The notes: a model not told the origin generated them from the letters alone. A stretch of 64,000 nucleotides of DNA from Elusimicrobiales bacterium (GCA_049972095.1 JBMFKQ010000003.1:1-64000); one strand, 5' to 3'; positions 31,181-40,848 are shown, numbered from the stretch's first letter. Numbers and translations: made by a program.

Positions 31181-32553
31181 TATTAACACATACTATTATT
31201 GCAATAACCACAATTGTATTTGGTGCCTTTTTATCGCTGATGGTGTGGGTAGAAAAAAAGAACAGGAAGCTCACATTTGATATAACTCTAACATCAATGC
31301 TTATTGCATTTGCTCTTATGATATCATACTCAAGTTTTTCTTGTAGCTCATATCTAATTTCTTCCTCATTGATAAATAATTTTTTCTCAGCATTCATAAT
31401 CTTTATCTCAACAGCTATTTTATACTCACATAGAGAAACTATAAACGAAAATCTTAAATTTGGTGAATATATACTTCTTATCTCCTTAACAGTAGTATCT
31501 TCAATTATACTCATTTCATCTGATAGCCTTTTTATAATCTTTATAGCCATTGAACTTCTCTCAATATCACTTTATGCCCTTGTAGGTTTTGATAAAAAAC
31601 CATCTTCCATAGAAGCATCTGTAAAATACTTCATAACAGGCTCCTTTGCAACGCTCTTCTTTATTCTTTCATTTATATTCATAAAATATTCTAAAGCAAC
31701 TATAGAGCTATCTTCTATATCACATTTAACACCATCTCTGCCCCTCTCACTTGCCGGGATATTTTTCCTAAGCGCAATGTTTTTTAAAATATCACTTGTG
31801 CCAATGCACTCCTGGGCTGTTGATGTATATTGTGGCTCACCAACATATATCACTGCTGTTCTTACAAGTTATATAAAACTTGCTGTAATCATTGCAGGAT
31901 ATAGAGTATATTCTTCTTTTGAGCCACATATACCATCAGACTTAATCAATTTGGTTATAGTTTTAACACTTACCCTTCCAAATATCTCTGCACTTTCAAC
32001 TAAAAACATAAAAAAGATACTTGTCTATTCAGGCATATCTCATGCAGGTTTTATATCAATTGGTTTTTTAACTTCTTCAAATCCATATCTCTATTTTTAT
32101 ATAATCGTATACTCAATTACAGCAATGGGGGCTTTTATGCTTATTTATCTGATTGAAAAAGTTCAATTGAACACTGAATATGAAACTATAGAAGAACTAT
32201 GGAGGAAAGATCCGATTATAGTAATATTTCTTTCAATTTTCCTTTTTTCACTTGCAGGTATTCCACCATTTGCAGGTTTCTTTGCAAAATTCTATATATT
32301 CTACTCAGCGATAATCTCAAATCACACAATCATTGCAATAATAGCAGCGCTTTCAAGTGCGGTGGCTGCATACTATTATATAAAGATACTTATTCCACTT
32401 TTTAAACAAAAGACAAATGCTGCCGTTCAAGAGCAAAGCGTCATAAAAGAAAATCCATACACATTTTCACTAATAACCATATCAGCAATCAGTCTATTAA
32501 TTCTTGGAGTTTTTTCATCTACCATTATCTCATTTATAGAAAGAATACTCTAA
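31177..32553 (+). CDS. nuoN: NADH-quinone oxidoreductase subunit N
   Basis: EASVKYF, FKISLVPMHSW, YSGISHAG, SLAGIPPFAGFFAK. Confidence 0.94.
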   Translation: MILTHTIIAITTIVFGAFLSLMVWVEKKNRKLTFDITLTSMLIAFALMISYSSFSCSSYLISSSLINNFFSAFIIFISTAILYSHRETINENLKFGEYILLISLTVVSSIILISSDSLFIIFIAIELLSISLYALVGFDKKPSSIEASVKYFITGSFATLFFILSFIFIKYSKATIELSSISHLTPSLPLSLAGIFFLSAMFFKISLVPMHSWAVDVYCGSPTYITAVLTSYIKLAVIIAGYRVYSSFEPHIPSDLINLVIVLTLTLPNISALSTKNIKKILVYSGISHAGFISIGFLTSSNPYLYFYIIVYSITAMGAFMLIYLIEKVQLNTEYETIEELWRKDPIIVIFLSIFLFSLAGIPPFAGFFAKFYIFYSAIISNHTIIAIIAALSSAVAAYYYIKILIPLFKQKTNAAVQEQSVIKENPYTFSLITISAISLLILGVFSSTIISFIERIL

Positions 32554-32607
32554 TAAGTAATCCATACCTAACTAAATAAAGCCATTATCCTTGAGGATAT
32601 TTTAAAG

Positions 32608-33012
32608 AAGTTGTTTAAGTATCTGTATACTCCTATACCATAATCTCTCAAATCAGGCTTAAAGCCAAGTTTTGTATTTGCCTCAAATACACCCTAACAA
32701 GTATTGGTGTTTCATTTATCTATATTCCTCTGACAAGAGCAGTGTGTTCTTTTCCATTGGTCTTTTCTCTAAAGACTATTATGTAAACTCACTATATATA
32801 GTTGGTAGTTTTGCTTTTGATACCATTTCAACAAGATATTCTCTTTTTCTTCTATGTTCTATTTGAAAAATCTGCTTATCAACAGCAACATATACAAGTC
32901 TCCTTGCGTTTTTAAGTATAAAATTCATTTCTTTTGATATTACATATTCATCTGCAACAATAATATCACCTTTGTTTTCTCTCTTTATTATCCATAACAT
33001 TTCAATACTTAA
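32608..33012 (-). pseudogene. ribBA: Heavily deleted relic of bifunctional ribBA (DHBP synthase/GTP cyclohydrolase II)
   Basis: Collinear fragments across frames: RENKGDIIVA..MNFILKNARRLVYV (RibB N-terminus); IEHRRK..LVEMVSKAKLPTIYSEF then IIVFREKTNGKEHTALVRG and TPILVRVY (RibA N-terminus); EANTKLGFKPDLRDYGIG then QILKQL (RibA C-terminal part). Frameshifts, an in-frame TAG and large deletions. Confidence 0.88.
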
Positions 33013-33030
33013 ATTTAATATAATAGCATT

Positions 33031-35154
33031 ATGAGAAAAAGGAGATTTAACAAAACCATAGAATATCCATGGAGCACAACTATTTTAGCATCTATAACGA
33101 TAGTTTTTATTTCTTATCTAGTATTCTCTAACATTCTAAACAAATATCCTCCCCATATAGCTCAATTTATTTATGCTTTAAATCCAGTCTATTATCTAAA
33201 ACACTTAAATTTTCCCACAGTTTTATCAAATCTCAAAGAGATTCTTTTTCTTCTTATCTTTGTTTACGCCTCTATATCAACAGGAAAGATACTTTCATAT
33301 CTACACCTTTTACCCTACCAAAATATATCCGTTATCTATCTTTTAGGCATTTTTATAAATTCATTTATTGTGGTTGTAACTGGATTTTTAGGATACATCT
33401 CAAAGGATCTTTATATCTTTATCATCTTCTGTGAATCTGCAGCAGGAATCTACCTCATTTTAAAAAGGGAATTTAAATTTGATATTTCATTTAAAAGCGA
33501 CTTCAAAGATAATAAAATGCTTTTCATTGCTTCTTTTTTTGTGCTTATGATGAGTTTTGTTGCAGCACTATCACCGGAGATTTTCTATGATAGCCTCAAC
33601 TATCATCTTGCAGCTCCAAACTGGTGGATTATAGAAAAAAAGATAGTTGATATGCCATCACATATGTATTATAAACTACCTCTATCTCACTCGCTTATTT
33701 ATGCATTTTCACTCTCTGTTTTCGGAGAACAAAATCCTCCTCTTGTAAATTTCATAACTCTTTTCTTCTTTGCCTTGTTTATAGCATATGGCTTTAGGGA
33801 TTTCATATCTCCAAAAACCTCTCTCAATGCTGGCTTTATATTCATCTCAATATTTCATGTTTTTATAAGCTCTCAATCTGCAACAGGAGATATACTACCA
33901 TCATTTGCAGGCGTAGTATGTCTAAGGATGTTGATTGACGGAGTATCATCTGGTAAAACTAAATTTATTTTCTGGGCTGGTGTATCTTGTGGTTTTGCTT
34001 TTTCATCAAAATATAACACTGCTTTTGCAACACTTCCATTTTTTCTTCTCTACCTTTATTTGAGGTTAAAACAAAAGACAAATTTGAAAATGCTTTTCAG
34101 AGAAATCTTTGTTTTTGCAGCTGGCTTTCTCATCTTTTCAGCACCCTGGATGATAAAAAACTTTATAAAATACTCAAATCCACTATTTCCATTTGCACAT
34201 CCATTATTCTCTCGCTCAACCCCACCAGATGAACTTCAAAGGATAAAAGGATTTATAAATGAAGCTAGACAATTTGAAGAAATAAACTTTAAAGATTGGC
34301 TTACACTTCCTTTTGATATATCCTGTGGTAAGATAGCCAATTCAGAGTTATTCCTTCCCCTTTTTATAATTATACTTCCACTTGGCTTTTTTAACAGGAA
34401 TAAAAATCTATTTATAAGATATCTCTGGGCATGTTTTTGGGCATCATACTTAATCTGGTCACTATCAACAACTTATATAAGACATTTTTTACCATCGCTT
34501 TTCATCATCTCGGTTATAAGCGCTTATTACATAACCCAAGCCTTTGAAGGTTATCTTAAACAGATTATAAAAATGGCATATATATTCACAATGTTTTTAA
34601 ATACCGTTTATCTTACTAACTATTTCACTCTTGAAAGAAGGTTTGAGCCAGTCTTTGGTTTTATCACAAAAGATGAGTTTCTATCAAAAAGCAGAATAAG
34701 ATATCCATATCCATCGTATTCAATCTACAAATATATTAATGAAAACCTTCCACATGATTCAAAAATACTCATATTTGGTGATTCAAGAGCTTTTTATCTC
34801 AAACTTCCATATCAAATTGCCTCAGTCTTTGACAAACACCCGCTTATAGAAATTACAGAGAGTTCTAAAGATGAAGATGAGATTTATGAACGGCTTAAAA
34901 AAGTAGGTATAACCCATATATTTCTTAATTTAGCCGAAGGATATAGAATCAAAACATATGGGAATCATTATTTTGATAAAAAAGATTTTGAAAAATTTGA
35001 CCGTTTCTTTAAAAAACACCTTATAGTTGAAAATGAGATAGAGGAAAAGAAGAATAATCAGATATCTCAAAAATTAATCCTTTATATGATTGTTGAAAGG
35101 AATATGACAAGCTCATTCAACTACTTTAACTATTTTGTAAAGCCGGATGTATAA
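33031..35154 (+). CDS. Multi-pass membrane protein, GT-C fold/ArnT-like glycosyltransferase
   Basis: Many TM segments, first loop PEIFYDSLNYHL, SSKYN, PWMIKN..NPLFP, soluble C-terminal domain. Confidence 0.65.
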   Translation: MRKRRFNKTIEYPWSTTILASITIVFISYLVFSNILNKYPPHIAQFIYALNPVYYLKHLNFPTVLSNLKEILFLLIFVYASISTGKILSYLHLLPYQNISVIYLLGIFINSFIVVVTGFLGYISKDLYIFIIFCESAAGIYLILKREFKFDISFKSDFKDNKMLFIASFFVLMMSFVAALSPEIFYDSLNYHLAAPNWWIIEKKIVDMPSHMYYKLPLSHSLIYAFSLSVFGEQNPPLVNFITLFFFALFIAYGFRDFISPKTSLNAGFIFISIFHVFISSQSATGDILPSFAGVVCLRMLIDGVSSGKTKFIFWAGVSCGFAFSSKYNTAFATLPFFLLYLYLRLKQKTNLKMLFREIFVFAAGFLIFSAPWMIKNFIKYSNPLFPFAHPLFSRSTPPDELQRIKGFINEARQFEEINFKDWLTLPFDISCGKIANSELFLPLFIIILPLGFFNRNKNLFIRYLWACFWASYLIWSLSTTYIRHFLPSLFIISVISAYYITQAFEGYLKQIIKMAYIFTMFLNTVYLTNYFTLERRFEPVFGFITKDEFLSKSRIRYPYPSYSIYKYINENLPHDSKILIFGDSRAFYLKLPYQIASVFDKHPLIEITESSKDEDEIYERLKKVGITHIFLNLAEGYRIKTYGNHYFDKKDFEKFDRFFKKHLIVENEIEEKKNNQISQKLILYMIVERNMTSSFNYFNYFVKPDV

Positions 35155-35177
35155 AATCAATCTTGAGACTAAAGAAA

Positions 35178-35253
35178 TTTCACATCTATAGTTCATCATT
35201 CAAAGCTTAAAATTTATAATTTAAAATCGTCTCACCTCTCACATTTCACATCT
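35178..35253. repeat. Degenerate heptamer tandem repeat (TCTCACC-TCTCACA-TTTCACA) plus an upstream TTTCACATCT copy
   Basis: Units at 35230-35250; TTTCACATCT at 35178-35187 and 35244-35253. Confidence 0.5.
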
Positions 35254-35267
35254 TAGGTTTATATATA

Positions 35268-35297
35268 TTGGCTAAAAATAAATAACTTTGATAAAAT
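35268..35297 (+). promoter_or_regulatory. Putative purB operon promoter
   Basis: TTGGCT-18 nt-TAAAAT with TGn extension, ending 8 nt before ATG 35306. Confidence 0.5.
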
Positions 35298-35305
35298 GTT
35301 TAAGT

Positions 35306-36727
35306 ATGGATAACATTTTTAATATCTCACCAATTGATGGAAGATATGCGTCAAAAACTCAAAAGCTTAAGCCTTTATTTTCTGAATCAGCGCTCATAAA
35401 TCTCCGCATACAAGTTGAATGCGAATATTTTATATTTTTAACAGATTTTCTCTTTAAAAAACATAAGATTAACAAAAGGCTTTCAAAATCACAAAAAGAG
35501 TTTTTAAGAAGTATTTACAAGAAAATTGAAGAAAATGCGAAATATGTAAAGAAGATAGAAACTGAAGGAGACGGCATAGTAGGCCCAACAAATCATGATG
35601 TAAAGGCAGTGGAATATTATTTAAGAAAAATCTTTGAAGATAAAATACCTTTAAATACTCAACTTATTCATTTTGGACTAACATCAGAGGATGTGAATAA
35701 TATTGCTTATTCTTTAATGATTAATGACTTTATAAAAAACGAATATATAGATCAACTTGAAAAGATACTTTTAAAACTCAACGATTTTGCATCAAGATAC
35801 AGTAAATCAATTTTTCCTGCTAGAACTCATGGGCAAATAGCATCACCTACAACATTTGGTAAAGAGATGAAAAATTTTGCTCAAAGAATAGAGAGAAAAA
35901 TTCAGAGGATAAAAAGACATAAACTGCTTATAAAACTAAATGGGGCTGTTGGGAATTATAATGCTTTTTGTGCTGCTTATCCGGATATTGACTGGATAGA
36001 TTTTACATGCAGGTTTGTGGATTTTATCAATAATAGATTTTCAACCTCTTTTCTTCCAAATCTTCACACAACACAGATAGAACCACATGATTCATGGGTT
36101 GAACTATTTATGGAGATTAAGCATATAAATAGCATACTTATAGGATTGTGTCAGGATATATGGAGATATATAAGCGATGATCTTATTGTGCTAAGGAAGA
36201 TTGAATATGAGGTTGGATCAACAACCATGCCCCATAAAGTAAATCCTATAGATTTTGAAAATGCAGAAGGAAATCTTCAAATAGCAAACACACTACTATG
36301 CTTTCTATCAGAAAAACTTCCAATTTCAAGGATGCAAAGAGATCTTACAGATTCGACAGTAGAAAGAAACATCGGTGTGGCTTTTGCTCATACATATCTC
36401 GCCTTTGATTCTATTCTGAAAGGACTTTTAAAATTAGAGCTTGATGAAAAAAGGGCATATGAGGTTGTAAAAAATTCTCCTCAGATATATGCTGAGGCAA
36501 TACAGACTATCCTTAGAAAATACGGAATTAAAAACGCTTATGAAATGCTTAAAGATTTTTCAAGGGGCAGAAAAATAACTCGCAAAAAACTTTATGATTA
36601 CATTAATAAACTAAAAGTTAATTCACGGATAAAAAAGGAATTATATGAAGTTATATCAAAACCATACACAGGCCTTGCAAGTAGACTTGCCATAATGAAA
36701 ACTAATAGATGGAGGAAGGATGGTTGA
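35306..36727 (+). CDS. purB: Adenylosuccinate lyase (E. coli-like type)
   Basis: ISPIDGRY, TNHDVKAVEY, HFGLTSEDVNN, RTHGQ, GSTTMPHKVNPIDFEN. Confidence 0.96.
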   Translation: MDNIFNISPIDGRYASKTQKLKPLFSESALINLRIQVECEYFIFLTDFLFKKHKINKRLSKSQKEFLRSIYKKIEENAKYVKKIETEGDGIVGPTNHDVKAVEYYLRKIFEDKIPLNTQLIHFGLTSEDVNNIAYSLMINDFIKNEYIDQLEKILLKLNDFASRYSKSIFPARTHGQIASPTTFGKEMKNFAQRIERKIQRIKRHKLLIKLNGAVGNYNAFCAAYPDIDWIDFTCRFVDFINNRFSTSFLPNLHTTQIEPHDSWVELFMEIKHINSILIGLCQDIWRYISDDLIVLRKIEYEVGSTTMPHKVNPIDFENAEGNLQIANTLLCFLSEKLPISRMQRDLTDSTVERNIGVAFAHTYLAFDSILKGLLKLELDEKRAYEVVKNSPQIYAEAIQTILRKYGIKNAYEMLKDFSRGRKITRKKLYDYINKLKVNSRIKKELYEVISKPYTGLASRLAIMKTNRWRKDG

Positions 36728-37736
36728 TGTAATTGTTGGGGGACAAGGTGGTGATGAGGGAAAGGGGAAGATTGCGGCTTATCTTGCAATAAAAGATGGA
36801 TACCACTACTGTGTTAAGGTTGGTGGGCCAAATGCGGGGCATACTGTTTTTGTAAAAGGTAAACCTGTGGCACTCAGGAGCATTCCTGCAGGATTTGTAA
36901 ATCCAAAAACAAAGCTTGTTCTTCCGGCTGGTTCATACATAATAATTGACTGGCTTTTAAGAGAAATAGAAGAAACTGGTGTAAGCCAGAGATTGATAAT
37001 AGATCCACATTGTGTTGTCATAACAAAAGAACAACAAAACGAGGAAAAGACAAATCAGCATCTTATGGGAAATATAGGAAGTGTTGGAACAGGACTTGGT
37101 ATAGCGATAAGAGATAGAGTGGAGAGAAAAAATATTAAGTTTGCAAAGGACTGTTCGGAGATAAAAAAGTATATAAAACCTGTTTCAGAGATGCTTGTAA
37201 ATGAAATAGAAAAAGGAAAAAAAGTTCTAATAGAAGGAACTCAAGGCATCAAACTTTCACTTTTTCATGGAGAATATCCTTTTACAACATCACGAGATAC
37301 AACAGCATCAACATTTCTTGCAGAAACAGGATTGGGACCAAGGTATGTAAAAGATGTATATCTTGTGATAAAACCATATGTTTCAAGGGTGGGGCCGGGT
37401 CCGCTTAAAAAGGAAATAACAGATCCACAACTCCTTAGAAAATATCATACAGATGGCAGAGAGGTTGCGAGTGTAAGTAAAAGGCTTAGAAGAATAGGAG
37501 AGTTTGAGTTTGAGACAGTAAAAAAAGCCATAATTATAAACTCTGCAACAAAGATTGCAATAACACATTTTGATCTGATATATAACAAGGAATTCACCAA
37601 GCTTTCTGAAATAAAAGGTAAAAAAGCCGCAAAATTTTTGAAAGTTTTGACAAAACTCACACAGATATATCCTTATCCTCAAATAAGTCTTATATCAATT
37701 GGTCCTAACACTGAAGATGTGATAGATTTAAGATGA
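36720..37736 (+). CDS. purA: Adenylosuccinate synthetase, short (archaeal-like) form
   Basis: GGQGGDEGKGK, GPNAGHT, IEGTQG, GEYPFTTS, SRVGPGP; 338 aa. Confidence 0.92.
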   Translation: MVDVIVGGQGGDEGKGKIAAYLAIKDGYHYCVKVGGPNAGHTVFVKGKPVALRSIPAGFVNPKTKLVLPAGSYIIIDWLLREIEETGVSQRLIIDPHCVVITKEQQNEEKTNQHLMGNIGSVGTGLGIAIRDRVERKNIKFAKDCSEIKKYIKPVSEMLVNEIEKGKKVLIEGTQGIKLSLFHGEYPFTTSRDTTASTFLAETGLGPRYVKDVYLVIKPYVSRVGPGPLKKEITDPQLLRKYHTDGREVASVSKRLRRIGEFEFETVKKAIIINSATKIAITHFDLIYNKEFTKLSEIKGKKAAKFLKVLTKLTQIYPYPQISLISIGPNTEDVIDLR

Positions 37737-38494
37737 AGATATTTGTCTGTCTTAAACCTGTTGTAAATGAAGATAGTATAAAAATAGATTCAAATGGAAA
37801 TATTATAAGGGAATCTTTAACACTAACAGTCAATAAATCTGATGATTATGCAATTGAAAACGCAGTCATTTTAAAAAAACAATTCAACCTTGAGCTAATA
37901 GCCATAACTATGGGTCCACAAAATTCAATAGATGTATTGAGATACGCAATATCAAGAGGGTGTGATAGGGCTTTTCTTATATCTGATCCAAAACTAAAAG
38001 GATCTGATTGTCTTATAACATCAAAGGTTCTCTCATCAGCAATAAAAAAAATTCTAGGCTGTGAAATTGACTATGCAGTTTTTTGTGGAGTATCATCTGA
38101 TGATGCTCACACATCTATGATTCCAGCTCAGATTTCTTATTTTCTTAATATACCATTTGTATATCAAGCAATTGAATGTAAATTCTCATATTCAAAACTT
38201 GTAGTCTTGACATCTGATGCAAAAATCACAGTTTCACCACCAGCTGTTATATCTTTTGATATCTCAAACATAATTAAGCTCTCAATAGCACCGTTAAATC
38301 TTAGGATAAAAGCTAAGACCTATAATCCATCAATAATCACAACACAGGATATCGGTCTTGAAATATCAGCAAAGTGTAGTCCAACGAAAGTTGACTCAAC
38401 ATTTGTGAAGGATATCAATTTGAAGGCCACTGAAATTCTTGATATGAAAAAAGAAGAGGACATTTACAAGATCAAAAAGATTATATATGAATAA
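37733..38494 (+). CDS. etfB: Electron transfer flavoprotein beta subunit (divergent)
   Basis: MKIFVCLKPV, ITMGP, GCDRAFLISD, GSDCLITS, SPTKV. Confidence 0.85.
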   Translation: MKIFVCLKPVVNEDSIKIDSNGNIIRESLTLTVNKSDDYAIENAVILKKQFNLELIAITMGPQNSIDVLRYAISRGCDRAFLISDPKLKGSDCLITSKVLSSAIKKILGCEIDYAVFCGVSSDDAHTSMIPAQISYFLNIPFVYQAIECKFSYSKLVVLTSDAKITVSPPAVISFDISNIIKLSIAPLNLRIKAKTYNPSIITTQDIGLEISAKCSPTKVDSTFVKDINLKATEILDMKKEEDIYKIKKIIYE

Positions 38495-39356
38495 AGTTAT
38501 TCTCATATCAGATCTCCCATCAAAAATAAAAGCTATTCATTCAAAGATAGCTAACTATTTTAAAGATGCACATTTTTCTTATCTTTTAATCTCGGAAACC
38601 CCATCTTTTGTTTCAATTGAAGATTCGTTCTTTATAAAGTCATCATATCCACTAAGATTAAAAATTGATGATATAGCTTCTTTTATAAAATCATTAAATC
38701 CAGATTTTATATTCAGCTCATCAGATATAAAACTCAAATCCTTTTTATCAATACTTGCAGCTGCGCTTGATACAGGCATGCTTTCGGATATATCAGAGAT
38801 AACTGTTGAGGACGGAAAGATATTCTTTTTAAAGCCTTATTTCAAAAATCTAACAGTAAAACTTTCCTCATCAAAAAAACCTATCCTTGTAAGCCTTAAA
38901 AGTTTATCTTTAGAAGATGATGATTTTAAATATACTCCAAAAGAGTTAAGCATCAAAAATTACTTTTCAATGAATATTGAAAAATGTAAGGCTGACGAAT
39001 ATATTGATATTGAAAAAGCAAAAAAGGTAATTGGTATAGGAAGGGGGGTGAGAAAAGAGGATATTGATCTTATTAAAATCTTTGCTCAAAAAATAAATGC
39101 AGTTATAGGATATACAAGACCTGTAAGAGAGGAGCTTGGTATATCTATTGAGTATCAAATAGGAATAAGTGGCAGATGTATAGCAGCTGACCTATACATA
39201 GCAGTTGGTATATCAGGTAAAGAATATCATATGGAGGGAGTAAAAAAAGTAAAAAAGATAATAGCAGTGAATACTGACATAAATGCTCCAATAAAAAGAT
39301 TTGCAGATTACTTTATAAACTCAGACTATCGAATTTTCATAGAAAAACTAATATAA
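38487..39356 (+). CDS. etfA: Electron transfer flavoprotein alpha subunit (divergent)
   Basis: IGIGRG, QIGISG, LYIAVGISG, IIAVNTD..API..ADY. Confidence 0.87.
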   Translation: MNKVILISDLPSKIKAIHSKIANYFKDAHFSYLLISETPSFVSIEDSFFIKSSYPLRLKIDDIASFIKSLNPDFIFSSSDIKLKSFLSILAAALDTGMLSDISEITVEDGKIFFLKPYFKNLTVKLSSSKKPILVSLKSLSLEDDDFKYTPKELSIKNYFSMNIEKCKADEYIDIEKAKKVIGIGRGVRKEDIDLIKIFAQKINAVIGYTRPVREELGISIEYQIGISGRCIAADLYIAVGISGKEYHMEGVKKVKKIIAVNTDINAPIKRFADYFINSDYRIFIEKLI

Positions 39357-39389
39357 GATAATATCTAAAATATCTACAATTAGAAAGCA

Positions 39390-39418
39390 TTGTAAAGTTT
39401 AAACTAATTTAATAAAAT
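39390..39418 (+). promoter_or_regulatory. Putative sigma70 promoter of the malic enzyme gene
   Basis: TTGTAA-17 nt-TAAAAT; downstream SD AGGAGG. Confidence 0.5.
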
Positions 39419-39459
39419 CAAATTAGAGAACTAAATTCAATCTTTTTAGGAGGGAAAAA

Positions 39460-40824
39460 ATGGCAAAAAGGCTTGTTAATAGCAAAAAAGGAAAAAGACT
39501 AACAAAAGAGGAACTTATAAAAAAAGCACAAAAACCTCAAGAATATGCGCTAAATATGCATCCTTTCTATAAAGGAAAAATAGAAACAGGGCTCAAAGCT
39601 TGTGTAAGAAACTATGATGATTTTGCTATATGGTATACCCCTGGTGTTGCTGCTCCATGCAAAGATATACACAAAAATCCAGAAAAAGTTTTTGAACATA
39701 CTAATAAGGGAAATACAGTTGCAGTAGTTAGTGATGGAACAAGGATACTTGGTCTTGGAAATATAGGACCAGAGGCTGGCCTACCTGTTATGGAAGGGAA
39801 GGCAATGCTGTTTAAGTATCTTGGTGGTGTTGATGCAGTTCCAATATGTCTTAAAACAACAGATGCCAATGAGATAATAAAAACTGTAATATACCTTGAG
39901 CCATCTTTTGGAGGAATAAATCTTGAGGATATTGAACAGCCAAAATGTTTTTATATACTTGATGAGCTTAGAAAAAGGATGAACATACCTGTATGGCATG
40001 ATGATCAGCAGGGAACAGCAACGGTTTGCCTTGCAGGATTAATCAACGCCTTAAAGATAGTTGGCAAAAAAATATCAGATGTTAAGATAGTTCTTCTTGG
40101 AGCGGGTGCTGCAAATATAAGAATAGGTTGGCTTTATATAAAATATGGTGCAAAACCAGGAAATCTTATATATGTTGACTCTAAAGGGATCCTTCATAAA
40201 GGAAGAACTGAGCTTCAAAGCCATAAAGAGAAGTGGGAGATGTGTCAAATAACTAATGAAAAACAGATAACCGGAGATCTTGCACAAGCACTTGTTGGTG
40301 CTGATGTATTAAGTGCTGCATCAACACCTGGACCTGATATTGTGAAAAAAGAATGGGTTGCAAGGATGAATAAGGATGCTATAGTTTTTGTCACTGCAAA
40401 TCCAATCCCTGAGATGTGGCCCTGGGATGCAAAAGAAGCAGGCGCGAGGATAGTTGCAACTGGAAGGAGTGATTTTGCAAATCAGATTAACAATTCCCTT
40501 GGATTTCCAGGGATATTTAGAGGAGCTCTTGATGTAAGAGCAAAAACAATAACAGATGAGATGTGTATAGCAGCAGCCGAGGCACTTGCTAGATATGCGG
40601 AGAAAAAAGGCTTATCTGAAGAATATATAATACCAGCAATGGATGAGCCTCAAGTTTATATAGAGGAGGCAGTTGCTGTTGCAAAAATGGCGATTAGACA
40701 AGGAATAGCAAGAATAAAACTTAATGAATCAGATCTTAGAAAATCAGCAGAAGAAAAAATTACGAGAGCCATAAAAGATACAAACCTACGAATGAAATAT
40801 GGAATCATAAAAAAGTATAGATGA
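39460..40824 (+). CDS. NAD(P)-dependent malic enzyme
   Basis: YTPGVA, DGTRILGLG, PVMEGK, INLEDI, HDDQQGT, GAGAA, ATGRSD, NQINN. Confidence 0.95.
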   Translation: MAKRLVNSKKGKRLTKEELIKKAQKPQEYALNMHPFYKGKIETGLKACVRNYDDFAIWYTPGVAAPCKDIHKNPEKVFEHTNKGNTVAVVSDGTRILGLGNIGPEAGLPVMEGKAMLFKYLGGVDAVPICLKTTDANEIIKTVIYLEPSFGGINLEDIEQPKCFYILDELRKRMNIPVWHDDQQGTATVCLAGLINALKIVGKKISDVKIVLLGAGAANIRIGWLYIKYGAKPGNLIYVDSKGILHKGRTELQSHKEKWEMCQITNEKQITGDLAQALVGADVLSAASTPGPDIVKKEWVARMNKDAIVFVTANPIPEMWPWDAKEAGARIVATGRSDFANQINNSLGFPGIFRGALDVRAKTITDEMCIAAAEALARYAEKKGLSEEYIIPAMDEPQVYIEEAVAVAKMAIRQGIARIKLNESDLRKSAEEKITRAIKDTNLRMKYGIIKKYR

Positions 40825-40848
40825 AAAATTGATATAATGTATTTATTA

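Noticed and set aside
32672..32866. 64-aa plus-strand ORF after nuoN
   Set aside because: TTG start, no SD, and antisense to the ribBA relic, which explains the sequence
36720..37736. PurZ (diaminopurine/Z-DNA biosynthesis)
   Set aside because: The catalytic Asp in GDEGKG is retained (PurZ has Ser), the gene sits next to purB, and there is no phage, dATPase or MazZ context
39390..39407. Rex-like operator at the malic enzyme promoter
   Set aside because: The second half-site does not match; only a 10-bp AT-rich palindrome remains, which is plausible by chance
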